Shown piece after piece: positions 24,292 to 40,013 of a DNA stretch of 64,000 nt. Every line of letters starts with the position of its first letter. The stretch's first letter is position 1. The notes under the pieces were generated by a model. It saw only the letters and a list, made by a program, of their open reading frames with translations. It searched no databases and was not told the origin of the DNA. Source of the stretch: Paraspadella gotoi (taxonomy: Eukaryota > Animalia > Chaetognatha); NCBI GenBank assembly GCA_051294375.1, contig CM119264.1, positions 8,740,764 through 8,804,763 on the forward strand, read 5' to 3'. Made by a program: the position numbers and the translations under genes.

Positions 24292-25792
24292 CTTAAAAGG
24301 CTTAAAAAAGCTTAAAAGTAACTTTTAAGAGACTTAATCATTTTTAATCTTAAATCGATTTTTATTCCGTTCGATCTCCTGTTTTTCACCTCCAAAAATA
24401 AGTTAAAAAAAAAAATTAATTAAAAAAAATTTGAAAAAGTCAGAGAGAGTTGAAGATGTCGGGGTCGTCTCGAGGGTGGAAATTAAAAAAATGATTAATT
24501 TCCTGAGGAGGACGAAAATGAGTCGACCTTCCTTTTTCTCCTCCGTGGAGGCAGCGTTTTTAAAATCCCGCGCCTTCCTCCCGTCTCGAATTCCCTNNNN
24601 NNNNNNNNNNNNNNNNNNNNNNNNNNNNNNNNNNNNNNNNNNNNNNNNNNNNNNNNNNNNNNNNNNNNNNNNNNNNNNNNNNNNNNNNNNNNNNNNNNNN
24701 NNNNNNNNNNNNNNNNNNNNNNNNNNNNNNNNNNNNNNNNNNNNNNNNNNNNNNNNNNNNNNNNNNNNNNNNNNNNNNNNNNNNNNNNNAAAAAAAGGTC
24801 AAATTCCCCGGTAGTCTACCAAAACTTTACCTTAAATAAGCCACGAGAACCTTTCTCTCCCAAAAAGCTAGTCGAAATGCTTTCCCTCTCCTCAGCTCTC
24901 CCTTACCTCACAAATCTTTTTCCATTATCGCTATGAACGTCGTCGGTGCCACCCTCTTCTTAAATTATTCCATCATCGCCCCTTAAACTTATCTTTTTTT
25001 TTTCCAAACCCTCACTTTTATCATTTCCCCCCCCCTCTTTCTCATTTACTATTCTTTCCTCCCATTCCTTAAATTGGGTCTTCCTCCTTTCCTCTCCTCC
25101 ATCTCCGTCTTCTCCCTTTCCTCCCTTTCTTCCCTCTTTTCTTTTCCTCCCATCCGAGTCTTCCTCCCCACATTCTTCGCCTCCCCCGAGAAGAAAAAAA
25201 AGGGGGAATGATTAATGGGAAGAGAGAATAAGGTGAAGGGAAGAGACAGGCGGAAGCGCGAGGGTTTTTTTCCAAGAACAAAACAGACTCTGGAAAATAG
25301 TTTTTTTGAATACCGGTGGAGAGTGGAAAAAAGAATTTTTGAAGAATGATGATAAACCAGAAAATAGTTTTCTTTTCTATTTTTTTGAGAAAATTGCATT
25401 TTTTTGGGGGAAAAAGGGAAGGGGACCTCTGAAAGGTTCCTTGAAATACTGGTTATACAATAAACATTGTGGTCACGGCTTGAGTCCGGCGGGTTTTTTT
25501 TATTTAATGATTGTGGCAGAAAAGCAGAAAAGTAAACAGAATGTTTTTTTTTTGCCGATTTCATTGGCTTATCGTTACATTATCGTGGCTACTATAGTCT
25601 ATATGTATACGCAAGTGCATTTTAGAATACCCTCATGAAAAGCAGGCAATGTCGGGGTCCCAGAATTAAGCCCGATTCACGAAAACATTCTGGATTTTTT
25701 TTTTAACGGGAATGCACGAGGATTCGTCTGCGTGGAGATCAATTGAAAACTGCTGCCCCGAGGAGATTTATCGGTGGAAAGTTAGAGAGAGC

Positions 25793-25827
<35 letters not shown>

Positions 25828-27907
25828 AGAGAGAGGGAGTGAGAGAGAGCGCTACTTAAAAGTGTACGAAATTTATTTTGAATCTAAATTATAAAAATTA
25901 CAAGAAATACTAAATACTAACTAAATGTATGTATTCAATTCTACTTACCTACTAATGCGTATGGCTATTTTATGTCTAAAACATATAATTTACTGTTTTT
26001 TAATCTTAAATGGAAAAAAAGATAAAATTCTCATCCAATCAGTTTTGATTTAGAGATTTTTAATACATTTATGTTCTCTCCTGGATTGTTATAAAATCGG
26101 TAAATGAAAATAAAAGGGCAAATCCCTGAATGAATATTTAAAGGTACTCCTCGAGCTCTGAAAAGAAATCCTTGTAGAAAAAAAAATTTATCTAAAAAAA
26201 AGAAATAGATAAAAAAAAAGATCCTACAAACTGTGACTTTTTTCTCATTCGGCGAAAAAGGCAAACACCATCCTCTCCTTGAAAATGAGGCAGTTGACGC
26301 TTTTTTGGCGAAGTCTTTTGTATCGGAAATCAAATAAATTTTCCAATGAGCTTCCCGATTTACGGTGGAAGAAAAAGCTTAGGTTAGGAGGAGGAGGGGG
26401 AAAGGGGGAGGAGGAAAATGAGGAGAAAAAGGGAAGGAGGTAGAGGGAAAGTATTTAGGGTTTTTATGTATAGCGGTTATAGTGGGAAAATAAATTAGTT
26501 AAAAAATACATATATTCAAAAAAAAATTTGTAACTTGATTTTAGACTTTTGACTGGCAATAGGGGCGTTGATGCCGTTTTACATAATAATAACCCATCAA
26601 GCTTTTATTAAAAGTTTCAATCAATTTTCTTTAACAGTTTAGTTTAAAAAATTTTAAGATAATTTGGAGATCGTGATGAGACAAACGAGGAGAAAGAGCG
26701 AGAAATGTTCCGTCGTGAGTCGCGTCAAAATCCGGTGATGAATCGAGAGCGAAAACATGAACGAAATTAGGCGGCGCTGCTGAGTAGAACAAGAGACATA
26801 TGAACATAATGGAAGCTAAGGACAAATGAATAGACAAAAGTTTAGCTGGGAATGAATGAAGCGGAAGCAAAGAAGAGTGGAACAAAAAGGTGAATCGAAA
26901 AGAACGAAGCGATGATTAGATAATTAACCTTTACCAAAATAGCGACAACTTTATTTTTACTTAATTCTTCTTTTTTCTTTTTTTCTTTTTTCACTCGACT
27001 TCTTTCGTTCCATCTAAATTAAATGTCAAACTGTACGCGATTGAAAGTGACGTCCCAATTTATTTTTCCCGTTTTTTCTTCCAAAAAAATAACTGGCTTT
27101 ATTGTTGCCATTTTTGGTGGGATTGTACTTTTTTTTTAACTGATACGTTTCCGTGATGGTTTTCCATTCTTTCTCTTATTTTCCCCGTTTTTATTTTCGT
27201 TTTTTTTTCAATCTTTTTATCTTCCTTCGCTCTCACACTCAATTTCATCGAATTTCTTTTTTTTTCTCTTTCGTCTTATCAGAGAAAAGTAAAAAAAAAG
27301 TAAAAACAAAAGATGGAAGGCGGGAAAAGATGAAACGATAAACGAAAAAAAAAATGAATAAACGGTTAAAAAAGTTATTATTAAATAAACCGAATTTGAT
27401 ACAAGAAATTCAGATTGAGAAAAAAAATTTATGACAGTTACACTTCAAAGAAGAAAGTAAATAAAAACAATTTAGCAGGAAAGAAATTAAGAAAGAACCT
27501 TTCGAAAAAAAAGGACATGAATGAAAAGAGAATAAGTGGATAAATAACTAAACGAATAGAAAGATAAGTGAATTCACATTCCGCTAAGCAGCCAACCGAG
27601 CGAGCGAGCGAGTGACAGTTAGACTTGATGATAACTCATCAAATAAAGAATTTTTCCCGAAGCAATTTTCACGTTCCTCTGCTCACTGACGCCTCCAAAG
27701 AAGGATTCTCTATTGTGCGAAGAATATGAAGGAAGTAAACAAAAAAAAGAAGCAAGAATTTGAATTTCTGGCCGAACTGAAAATCGCGCGAAAAAAAAAA
27801 AAAAAAAACAACAAAAAAATGGACAAAAACAAAGATTTGACATTGAAATTAATCACATGTGCGGAATGCGTACGATGAAACTCAAAACAAATCGGGGATG
27901 GGAGGAC

Positions 27908-27908
27908 G

Positions 27909-27955
<47 letters not shown>

Positions 27956-28075
27956 GAGTAGATAGATAGATAGATAGAATAGATAGATAGATAGAAAGAT
28001 AGAAGATTAGATAGATAGATAGATAAAGATAGAAGATAGATAATAGATGATAGATAGATAGATAGATAGATAGAT
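27908..28075. repeat. (GATA)n microsatellite
   Basis: Direct reading. Confidence 0.95.
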
Positions 28076-28275
28076 ACGATGATGATATGTAGATTATGAT
28101 AGTAGGAATAAAAGGGGTTTAAAAAATACGGTAGATAGATATGAAAGATAGAATTGATAATCAATGAGACAAAAGGCCCGGAATTCCCTGTTTCGTTTGT
28201 AATTTGTATGTCGTCGTCGTCGTCATCCAGGCAGTAGTAGCGAGCTTTCAATCCGAAAAAAGAGGTCTTAAACGA

Positions 28276-28335
28276 TTATAACGCGTTCTGTCCCTTCGGG
28301 TCGCGGCATGGGCGTGGCTTTCGAATGGGAAATAC
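28276..28335 (-). CDS. Terminal exon candidate
   Basis: Strong acceptor: a (CT)n pyrimidine tract plus ttgcag at 28337-28336. Phase-0 reading is VFPIRKPRPCRDPKGQNAL*, but the frame is unproven. Confidence 0.25.
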   Translation of the reverse strand, partial: VFPIRKPRPCRDPKGQNAL

Positions 28336-28338
28336 CTG

Positions 28339-28395
<57 letters not shown>

Positions 28396-28579
28396 AGAAG
28401 AGAAGTAGAAGAGAAGAGAAAAAAGGGACAAAGGGAGATCTAACGAGGGTATCCTGTATTATTATATTAATTATGTTATATTATATTATGTTATATTATA
28501 TTACATTATATTATATTATGTAAGTTACAAAAGCCTGTCCAAAGTCAGGGGCAAGATAGCTTATTTATTAAATGAATGG

Positions 28580-28667
28580 ATAATTTTTATATTGGTTGTA
28601 CCAATTTCATAATATAATATAAGATAATATTATATTATGAAATTGGTACAACCAATATAAAAATTAT
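28580..28667. repeat. Perfect 41-bp inverted repeat with a 6-nt loop
   Basis: ataatttttatattggttgtaccaatttcataatataatat, loop aagata, then the exact reverse complement. Confidence 0.9.
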
Positions 28668-28979
28668 TATTATAAATATTATATTATTATAGAGAAAGAT
28701 ACAAGTTAGAAAAAGTCATTTATTTCGACTTTAACATTAACTTTCAAAGTTCGCTGCAACAAAAAATGATATGTTTTATGTAAAATATGACGGTAGCAAT
28801 ATAAATTATTAAAGGTAGTACGTATTTTGTTCCCTTAAACTTCAAAAACAAATGCAACCGTTACATACATTACTATGAAAATATAATACAGCAGAAAAAA
28901 TAAATGTTTTAATCTCAGAGAAAAAAAAGCCACTTGTGAGTGAATTTGCAAAAAAGGGGATTGGTGCGTTGACTTGGCG

Positions 28980-29123
<144 letters not shown>

Positions 29124-29622
29124 TTGAGTGCGAATGATAAGTAAAAGATACGCTCCAATTTTGGATCCGAAAAAAGTTAAGCGAGAATCAGGAGGAAAAA
29201 GATAAGTTGAGCGAAAATTGGGAGAAAGAAAAATCGTGAATATCCGATGGATGAGAGAGAAATCGACTGGCGAGACGACGAGACTTCTGATAAACGAGAA
29301 AGTGAGATTCGGAAGGTGAGGGAAAATCAAGAGATATATATAATAGGGTGGGCGTAAAATAGAAGTAGAGGGTAGAGCATAGGGTGGGTAGAAAAAATGT
29401 AGGAAAAGTTTATAAAGGGCAGAAAATAAGGTTTTAATTATCGGGTAAGTAGAAATGATGGGCAAGTAACGGATATAGAGAAGGTGAGCAAAAAAATAAT
29501 ATGAGAAGAGAACGAATATAAATTATAAAATAAATATTGAAAAAAAACAAAGTATAAATTGAGCTATCAAGTTTAAAAAACCGTGCCAATGATAAAGTAA
29601 AAATACGTAAAGAAAAATGATA

Positions 29623-29702
<80 letters not shown>

Positions 29703-29954
29703 GAAAGAAAGAAAGAAAGAAAGAAGAAAGAAATAAATAAAGAAAGAAAGAAAGAGAGAAAGAAAGAAAGAAAGAAAGAAAGAAAAAAGAAAGAAAAAAA
29801 GAAAGATAGGAAGAAAGTTAGAAAGAAAGATAGAAAAGAAGGAGAAACGCATGGAAGAACCCGGGAGAATAGAAATGACTCCTCGAGAAGCTTAAACCAA
29901 CGCCTACACCTGAGTGGCCTGGGAGTTGAAATGAGCACCACATGCACCCTTCTC

Positions 29955-29986
<32 letters not shown>

Positions 29987-30191
29987 CTTCTCCTCTCTCT
30001 TCCCTTCCTCCCTCCTCTCTCTCTCTCCTCTCTCTCTTTCTTCACTGCTCTGTCATTTTCCCGCCTGTTTTTGAACGAATTCCAACATAAATAATACAGC
30101 GAAGCGGACCCAAAATTCGGTAATATTTTGGAAGGTTGGAAAGATCTATTAAAATGCTTCTCTCCCTCGATGGTAACAAAGAGAAAGTGAA

Positions 30192-30252
<61 letters not shown>

Positions 30253-32279
30253 ATTTTACTCATTTCTTTCTCGTCTTTTTTTCCCTTTAAGTTAAATCAA
30301 AGCGATAACAAATGAACAAGCAGCCGCAGCAGGAAAAGAGCTAGTTGGAGAAAGGGAGGAAGAAAAAAACTTATCGGTAATTAGAAAAACAGAAAGTAAA
30401 AGATTAGAAAAAGGAGAGACAGAAAGATAGTAAAAACCAGAAAAAGAGAGAGTCAAAGACAGAAAGAGACAAAAGGAAAGAAAGAGAGAAAGATAAAGAC
30501 AGAGTCAGAGAGTTCGCGTGCTTTGCCGTTCTACGAAACCATATGGCTTCCTCATTCGACCCAGTTACATAAGAAGTGCCCAAAAAGATTATTATTTTGT
30601 TCTAATGTGTGTATTGCATTAGAATGATCTTGATCTTGATGATCGAAAAAAAAAGAAGAAAACACCGAACGACTAAAATTAAAATGACATTAATTGACTA
30701 AATTGACTATGGAGACTTTGATTGAAAAAACATAAATTGAAGAAAATAGATTTTTTTAAATTTTGCCAATGGTATTTTAACCGTTTTATCCGTTTTATTC
30801 CAAACTAGTTAATTTTGTCCATTTGTTAAAAATTATCTATTAATGATTTGATTGAATCACAAACGTTATATAAACATATTTTGATTATTTAATTATAATC
30901 TTTGAAAAGTTCATTCAAATTCTCCATTCGACCAATAAAAAATAGAACTGAAAGAGTGTTCGCTGCTCAGTCGTCTGGCAGAATTTTCAAAAATCAAGAG
31001 AGCGAGGAATATCTAAAAATGTCGTCAAATATTTTTTAATTCGCAGCAATCGTAAGAATTATGCCTTCTCTCATCTTTTATTGCGTCGGAAACGCGAGGA
31101 AACTTATGCAGCTGAGAAACAGGGAAAAGAAGTTGCGGAGGAGGGGAAAAGATGAGTAGGAGGAAGAAGAGGGGTGAGAGAGGGTAAGTCGAAAAAACTT
31201 CGATAAGTTTTTTTTTTGAAATATATGAAAAAAAAACGTCATAACTTGAATTAAATTGTTTACAAAAAAAATTAAAATAAGAATAAATCGTGTTAAAAAC
31301 GTATGATGCAAGCTTTTGTACAGAGAAAGAGACTATGCTACATAAAGGAAATTCATTTATTTTCCAAATATTTATAGTTAAAGCCTAAAGTTAATTATAC
31401 AAGTAACAAAAAGAACCCCCCCAAAATTGTTTGCATATGTATAAAAATGTAAAATATTTTTGCATATTCTTTAAATTATAATAAGTTATATCATAAGGAT
31501 ACTAAAAGAGATACATACATGGTTAACTGTAAAGAAGCGAAACGAGTAGACGAGGAGGAAAAGAAGAAATATCGAAATGATCCTCGGGGATCAGAAGCGG
31601 ATGCATTGAAATTTGCCGAGCGTCAAAAGCGAAGAGATATGAAAGAAAGTTTCCCAGCAGAAAACGAGCAGAGATGACTTCAATAGCGTGAGACGGGGGG
31701 AAGAGAGAGAGAGAGAGAGAGAAGAGATGAGAGAAGAGAGAGAGAGGAGGAGAGGGAGAGAGAGGAGAGGCAAAGAGAAAGTCACTTCTGGCGATCGATG
31801 AGAGAAAAAACCGATAGACAATTAAAGTGAAAGTAAAAGAGGAAGTGTGACGATCACGTGAAAATAGGAAATGGAAAAAGATACTCAATGGATGAATTAA
31901 CTTTTATTTGAAATCTTAAAAACTTAAAATTAAAGAAAGAATAAATGAAATAAAGGCTGGCAGCAAACCTAAGAGAGAGGGAGAGGAGAGAGAGAGAGAG
32001 AAGAGAGAGAGAGAGCGAGAGAGAGAGAGAGAGAGAGAGAGACCAAATCGAGACAAAGAACCTCAGGTGTTTTATTCCCGAAAAAGCGCGTTTCTACTGT
32101 ATGTTAATGAAAGCTGGTTTTTTTAGTTTTACTTCGAAAACAAATCAAATGACGCGAAAGAAAGGACCAAGAAAAAGGAAGGAGAAAAAAAACAGGAAAG
32201 ACCTCGAAACCGAATAATGGAAATCCGTGGGGCAGAGAGAGAGAGAGAGAAGAGAGGAGAGAGAGAGAGAGAGGAGGAG

Positions 32280-32341
<62 letters not shown>

Positions 32342-32475
32342 AGGGAGGAGTAGAATCGAATTGAATCGAAGGGAATCGAATGGAACAGTCGATCGGGTGA
32401 AATCGTCGAGGGAATTTCTGAATCGCGAAGGTTCACGGATGGAACCGTGATAGAGAAGGAAAGAATGAAGAGAGA

Positions 32476-32532
<57 letters not shown>

Positions 32533-32768
32533 GACGAGACGAGCAAGATGAGAGAGAATGGCAGCGCTGGAGATTAACGGTAAATGGAAATAGAATCTAA
32601 AAATGTGCAGAGTCGCTCTTGGAATAAAATATTAAAAAACACAAAATGATACGAAATAAAGTAACAAAGAAAGAAAATTAAAAAAACAAAGCAAGAGAGA
32701 CAATAAAAAATATGTAGTCGGGCATTGCCTAGGTTCACCCCGCCTAGAATCATGACACTTTCAGTTGT

Positions 32769-33097
<329 letters not shown>

Positions 33098-33532
33098 AAA
33101 ATATATAAAGATGAAAAATGATGAAAACAATGAAAACAAAAGAATAAAAAAAGAATAAAAATAAAAAAAGAGCATGAGACGAAAAAATGATAAAGAAAAA
33201 TCGTTCGTTAACCTCCCAGTCCTACCATCTACCACCTACCAGTCCTACCACCCACCTGTCTTACCACCTTCCCCCACGAAAAACTTTATGAACTTTTTAT
33301 TTTTCTGCAAAAATTGGAAAGAAAAAAACTAACTGAATGAGAGGAAAAACTTTAACCCGCCATCCATTATTCATAATAAAAGCCGAAGAGTCAGAAAACT
33401 GGGGAGGAAAAAGAGGAGACGATGAAAGTGGAAGAAAGGGAAGAGAAAGAAGTGGCGAAAAGCCGACAGGGATTGTATTAAATTAATCTAACTTGAGAAA
33501 AATTGATATTGGAACGGAGATGGAAGGAAATT

Positions 33533-33565
<33 letters not shown>

Positions 33566-35201
33566 TGAAGATGTCGAAGAAAAAGTTAAAATCGACTCGG
33601 AAAATTGACTTCATCAATTATAACGAAAGTCAAGAGGATGAACATCGATAGAAATTAAAATCATGAAAGTAAAATTTTTAAGTGGTGAATTTAAAATTAT
33701 TTAATAGTCGCAAATATGAAGACTTTTATGACAATTAATTAAATAGGATGGCCAAGACATCCGGAACGACGACGACAAACGAGGAAAAATACGACGATGT
33801 CGTCGCGTGTTTTGTCTTTGACCCGAGACCCGGCCAAAACCCGGTGTGATAAGAGGGTCACGAGTTCGAGGCTCGCGTTTCCGCTTTGACGCCTTCTCCG
33901 CAAAGGCCATCCGTGTCATCTTTGCCAATCTCTCTCTTTTTCCGCGATTGTGAAACCGAAGCCTTTGAAGATTTTATCGCTCAGGATTCGTCGTATAAAT
34001 TCCTCTTGGTCACGTTACATTTTGGTAGAGTTGCCTTGTCGTTGCGCTCAGTAAGGTTTTGTCTATGTCAAGGGGGATTGCTTTTTAGATCCGGAAGTGA
34101 CTTTTTTACTTATAAAAGTCGAGTATTTATTTTTAAAGTTAGACGTGCTAATTAATTTTTGGCAATTGCCGGCCGATATATAGACTATTATAAAGGCAGT
34201 CGACGTCGCCATTACTGAAAAAGGTGAGGAAAGATAAGCGACTGCCTTGGCCGCCTCACTTTTTAAGGAACACTACAGTAAGAACGCACCAACTTCAGGC
34301 CATAAAGAATATAAAGTAAAATGCTTTACGACCGTACGATCGTTCACAAGGAAGGTCCAATAATAAATGAATCACGATTTAATAAAAAAAAAATAAATCA
34401 ATCTATCAATATTACTTTCCCAAGCTTTCCATTTTGGTCACTTCCCTACAAATTTCCATCCCCTCACTAAACTAGAGAGTGTCTGAGGCTCGTGTTTACT
34501 TAAGACGTTAATCTCTGGTTGATGAGATGAAGGTAGTAATTTCCCCTTCGCCCGCCTCCATTTCCGAAATGGACTCATTTTCGACTCGGGCGAGCATTTC
34601 GTTTCTGCGGGGAAGTTTTACGGAAAAAAAAAAAAAAAAACTCGGTTTTTGCAATTACCTCTTCCTTGACGTCCCGATCCAAAAATAATCTTTTCCTGAT
34701 CCACTCTCTTTTTCCATATTCTTTCCTTCTCTTTTCTGGAACCTCTCTAGTTTTTCTCCCTTCTTCTCTTTTTCCCTTTCTTTTCTTTTCTCATACCTCT
34801 TTTTCTCGATTGTTTTTTTTTCCTCCGTTTTGTGGCTTCTCTCTGTTTTTTTCTCTTTCCTCCCTTTTCCGACTTTTTCTATATACTTCTTTAGTTTAAT
34901 TTTGGATTTTTCTCTTTGTCTTTCTTAGTTTCTATTTCCTGGTTTTCTCTTTACTTTTTTTCATTTTTTATTTCTTTCTCTGCTTTTTATTCAACATAAT
35001 TTCCTTTCCTTATTTATTTTCTAAATCTAGTCTATCGCTTTTCTTCGTTTTAATACATTCGCTTTTCTGTGTATTTTGTCTTTCATACTAATTTTTTGTG
35101 TTTAAGTAAAGAATTTAAATTACTGACAAAACAAAAATACCTTAAAAACTTGTCAATACTAATATGCTCTTTATTATAAGACCTTTTTGAACAAACACAC
35201 G

Positions 35202-35267
<66 letters not shown>

Positions 35268-35484
35268 GTCTGCCCCTTTAACCTGAAGTTTTCACCTTCA
35301 TTTAAATTCAGGAGAAAAAGAAAGAATATTTTTTCTTCCCTTCCTTTGGATTCATCGCGAAAACCGTGAAATGAGTTAGTGCCTCTTTTTTGGAGACCCC
35401 ACCAGGGAATACCGCGGGTTAGAGAGCAGAAAGCATTGAACAGAGGGAAACGAAGAATTGAACAAAGGGAGAGAGAGAGAAAAG

Positions 35485-35528
<44 letters not shown>

Positions 35529-36404
35529 AGAGAGAGAGAGAGAGAGAGCATTTTGTAGCTGATTTATATTGTTTCGTGTATATAACATCTTTTTAAAAAT
35601 GTGAAATTAAAGAATTAAAGATTTAATCCAGATTTATTTATATAATTCAGTACGATACAGAAGATACACAAAAAATATAAGACAAAAAATAAAAAAAATT
35701 CCTTATCGCCACCGAACCAAATATTTTTCCTTTAATTCCATCCTATATTTTCCCATTTCCTTTGTTTCCAGAGCAAAACTGGAAAAAAATATTTTTAAAT
35801 TTCACCAAGAAAATGGCGAAAAATGACATCGTGAGAGAAAGCAATTGGCCCCAATCTTGAGGAAAGACAGAAAGAGAGAGANNNNNNNNNNGAGAGAGAG
35901 AGTTTGTCCACCCGGTTTCTTTCCGGTTCCGATCCAAACTTTTTCTTTCATGGTCCCCCCGTGATTCGTTAATCCTTTTTATAACAAAACATTGTGACAT
36001 CTTCATTTCCAATTCGTGATCCTTACGAAGAAATATTGAATACAAGCGGGTCACCGCTCCCAGATTTCTCTTTTGGGTCGCGGGTGGAGATTCTGCTGTG
36101 AGTCGCGAATTCGTTTTTGGCCACACAGATTTAATTTCGGTTAGTATGTTTTATTGCTGTTGTGATGCCTGTACACCGCTATATATGTTATGAATATCCA
36201 TTTTACCCAAACTGGTTCGGCCATCGGCTGTTACATACTTTTCACTTAATGTAAAACTTTAATAAGAAGATTTAACGAATTCAGTAACCAATTTTAATAT
36301 TCTCAGTTTAAACCCTTTAACTTAAACTTCATATTTCAATGAATAAAATCAATTAATCTAAAATCCAGACGATGAAATTTCTTTCCCCGGATGTTTCTCC
36401 TCAC

Positions 36405-36536
36405 CCTTCCCCGGATGCAAAGCTCCGCTAATGGCGTCGCGGAATCGGGTCGCGATTCTGGGTGAGGTCGCGATCGGGTGAGTTTATGGGGGTCGAGCAA
36501 GGTCGACTTCCGCGGCCGCTTGAATATTGATTCCAT
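36405..36536 (-). CDS. Candidate first coding exon of an unknown protein
   Basis: Start context atcATGG; 44 codons MESIFKRPRKSTLLDPHKLTRSRPHPESRPDSATPLAELCIRGR; donor AGG|gtgagg in phase 0, which is compatible with the 28335 exon. Confidence 0.25.
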
Positions 36537-36578
36537 GATGAAGGCGAGTAAGGCTCCGCGTACCTTTTGCTTTCTCTC

Positions 36579-36649
<71 letters not shown>

Positions 36650-38315
36650 TTTATTTTTCCTTTTCTCTGTCCTATTCTTCCACTCTCTCTTGCTCTCTGG
36701 TTATTGTGCGCACTGCAAAGTCCCTCCATGGAGAGGGAGTGAGTCAAAGGGTACNNNNNNNNNNTCTCTCTCTTTCGTTCCCCCTTCCCTTCTATATCGC
36801 CCTCCTTCGGCGTTTTTTTGTAATATTCATTATTTAAACTTTTAGTCTTCGTTTTGGCTTAAATTCTTATTATACATAATTAGTTTTTAAAATCTGGAAA
36901 TGTTCTATATTTTCTTGTGCAAAATCAGTTTTAATAAAAAATACATGCGTAATATTAAGATATCTAAACAAAACTCTTTTTACCAAACGAAATCTCAATC
37001 CTAATCGCAAGAGACTATAAATACAGTATACTATATTTAAAAATTGTTAAATCCAAACCTCGATTATAGACTTAATCTGTTCAAAATCTCAGAAAACTTC
37101 CGAAACAAGTCTTTAGCAAATTTGCGAGGAGACTTTGCATATTTTCAACTGAGTCTCAAGCAAATTTTGACCTCAGCAAATCGAGGGTTTCCCAGTTTTT
37201 GGCTTCGCCGAAAACATTTAAACTTTTGGCCTCAAAGATTCGCCGCTGGGGGAGAGAATAGGAGAGAAGAAAGAAGGGAAGAATAGAAGGGAAAAAAATA
37301 AAGGGAAGATGAAAGATAAACGAAAAGGGAAGATAGGAACAATGAGAAGAATGAGGAATTTATTATGGGAAATGAGAACGTAAAATTTACCAATAAAAAA
37401 CGAAAATAAAGGAAAGGAGAAAGTTAAGGGAAAATGAATTAGAGGAAAGAGAGGAAATGGAAGGGCCTTATTTTCCCAGAACGCCCCATTTCATCTTAAA
37501 TTGTAAATTTTTTAATTTTATAGGTTTAATGATTTGTTAAAAGGTTAGGGTTAAGGATTTTAGTTAGGGTTTGAAGTTCATTATTAAGGGTCAGAGATAG
37601 ATTATAGATTATGGTTTCGGCTTATAATTACTAATTAATTACTATTACTATTAATTAGGCTTAAGGATTAGGAAAAAGAGTTAAGTATTTGGTTATGAGT
37701 CTGTTTAAAGAAACAAAAATAGGGAGCTTTTGGAACCGAGGGCCAATGGCGGACGTGGCGTTAGAGGAATATCGAGACAGGTCAAAAAGGCAGGAAGTCA
37801 GTAATTATCTCTCGGTCGAAGGTGTTACTGGAAATGGCTCTAACGATATTTTCCGATCATCGCTTGAGATAGTTAATGGGTTTCCGAAAGTAAGGTTAAT
37901 AACGCTTAAAAAAGATCGTGATTCTTAACGCGATGGACGACATGAGTCATCGTTTTACACATTACAAACTCAACTATTGTACCTTTTTTTTATTGATTGC
38001 TTTTATGTTTTTTCTTATTGAAAGTTATGTTTTTTCTTGTTAAAAGTAAAAAATCATACATTATTTTCGCGCGACGAAAATGTCACCACGTTATTTTTCA
38101 CTCGGCTAACATCAATTACAGAATTTTTTTTAAAACACGAATAAGAAGGTAACATGTTATCTACGCATGATGAAGAAAAAACCAGAAATAAAAAAAAAAC
38201 AAAAAAAGAGGACAAAAAAGGAATGGGTTTTCCACTCCCCTCTGACAAAACAGTTTCGTCTAATGGCCAAAGTTACTCCAGATCAACTTAAACACGAAAA
38301 CACTTTTTTCCATTG

Positions 38316-38440
<125 letters not shown>

Positions 38441-38995
38441 GCCAAAAAAAAAAGAAGGGGGAAAAATAATGAAAAAACGGAAATTGTGTTGCTGCCTCTT
38501 AGTGGCCGGTCTTCTTCCACAATGAGACCTGACAGACAATGGTACTATAAATAACAAGGACGGCATCCACAACGACAACTGGGACATCAACTACGAATAC
38601 AACAACGACAAGGAACTAGTAAAGAGTTTCGCGTTGGGATTCGAGACTGAAACAGCTCGGCATCAAACGCGAATTTACGATGCAGTTTCTTCTTAATTCT
38701 TCTCGTTTCTCTTCGATCTACACTTTTACGATCAAATGTTTTATACTAGTAGTGAACCTCTTATCTATGTATATTGTATAAACTAAAATTAGAATTATGT
38801 TGCACTAATATGATGTATGTGTTTATAGAATAAAAGCCACTAATAATTAACGCTGTTAATCTAAACGTCTCTTAGTTTCCCTTAACTCGTCACTTAAGTC
38901 GTCACTTTTAAAACCCATTTTCGTTGCCGACGGAAGGAAAAAAAAAGTTGAGATGGTGTTTGGGAAAACGATTGCAATGAACATGTTTTGGAATA

Positions 38996-39054
<59 letters not shown>

Positions 39055-39261
39055 CCTCTTCTTTCCTCCATCTATCAGTTCTTCCGTATTTTCACATCTT
39101 GTTTGTATTCACGCCATCCTCCTTCTTTTTTCTTTCTTTATTCCTGCCCGTGTTTTTCTTTTAAACTCTTTAACGTCCCACCCTTGTTTCTTTTAACGTC
39201 GTTTTTGTTTCCTTCAGCGCGTCTCTTGTTTTTGTATTCCGTTTCCGTTCGCCCCCTTTCG

Positions 39262-39303
<42 letters not shown>

Positions 39304-40013
39304 AGCCATCATTTTTTCTTTTGTATTTTTTTAAAATTTTTTTTATCACACATCATTTTGAAGCTCTTGGCCCGCCTCTTCTCGCTACCAATACAAGACT
39401 CCTAATCACAATCACTCCTAACATCTGCCCAGTCACCCTGACTCTCATTGCACATCAAAAATTCACTTTACCAAACCAGATCTCAGTTCTTTCCAGCGTC
39501 TGTCATCGCCTATTGAATTGGTTACCACCTTTCTTTCTCTCTCGTTGAAATTCCATTCTTCAGTCCACATTCTACAACTTCATGTTTTCTTCAAAGTTCA
39601 AACTTTTTTCAATCACCAAAAACCTTCGTCTTTCTTTTTTAACATTTCACACTCTCTTCCCCTCTCAGTAGCATCTTTACTCCTCTTCATTCTACTTTTT
39701 CTTTTCTTTCGCCCCGTTACTCCTCTTACCCTAACCCCCCCTAATTTCCCCCCACCCCCCTTGATTCCCACCTATCCTCCTCTTTCCACCCTCGACTGCA
39801 CCGAGACCGGATCGCATTAATCATTTTTTCCTCAGCCGCGACTTTTTTTTTTCTTCAGACTTCGGTACAGTTCAGGTGAATCTTGCGGTTCTTTTTCTTC
39901 GCCTCTCTATCTCTGTCTTTCTTCTGTCGCAGACTTTTCTTTTCATTCTCTGTCTCTGTCTGTCTGTCTCCATATCTCTCGCTTCTTTTCTTTTAGACGA
40001 TTTTTTTCCCCAT

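Noticed and set aside
37540-37575. TTAGGG-like repeats
   Set aside because: Only two degenerate units; not a telomeric array.
38500-38700. Plus-strand Asn/Asp-rich open stretch
   Set aside because: Preceded by an in-frame stop, with no compatible splice sites or start.
39858-39880. Possible plus-strand microexon (ttcttcag...cag|gtgaat); similar candidates at ~9772-9850 and 22468-22511
   Set aside because: Splice-like motifs arise readily next to pyrimidine tracts, and no coherent plus-strand gene could be assembled.
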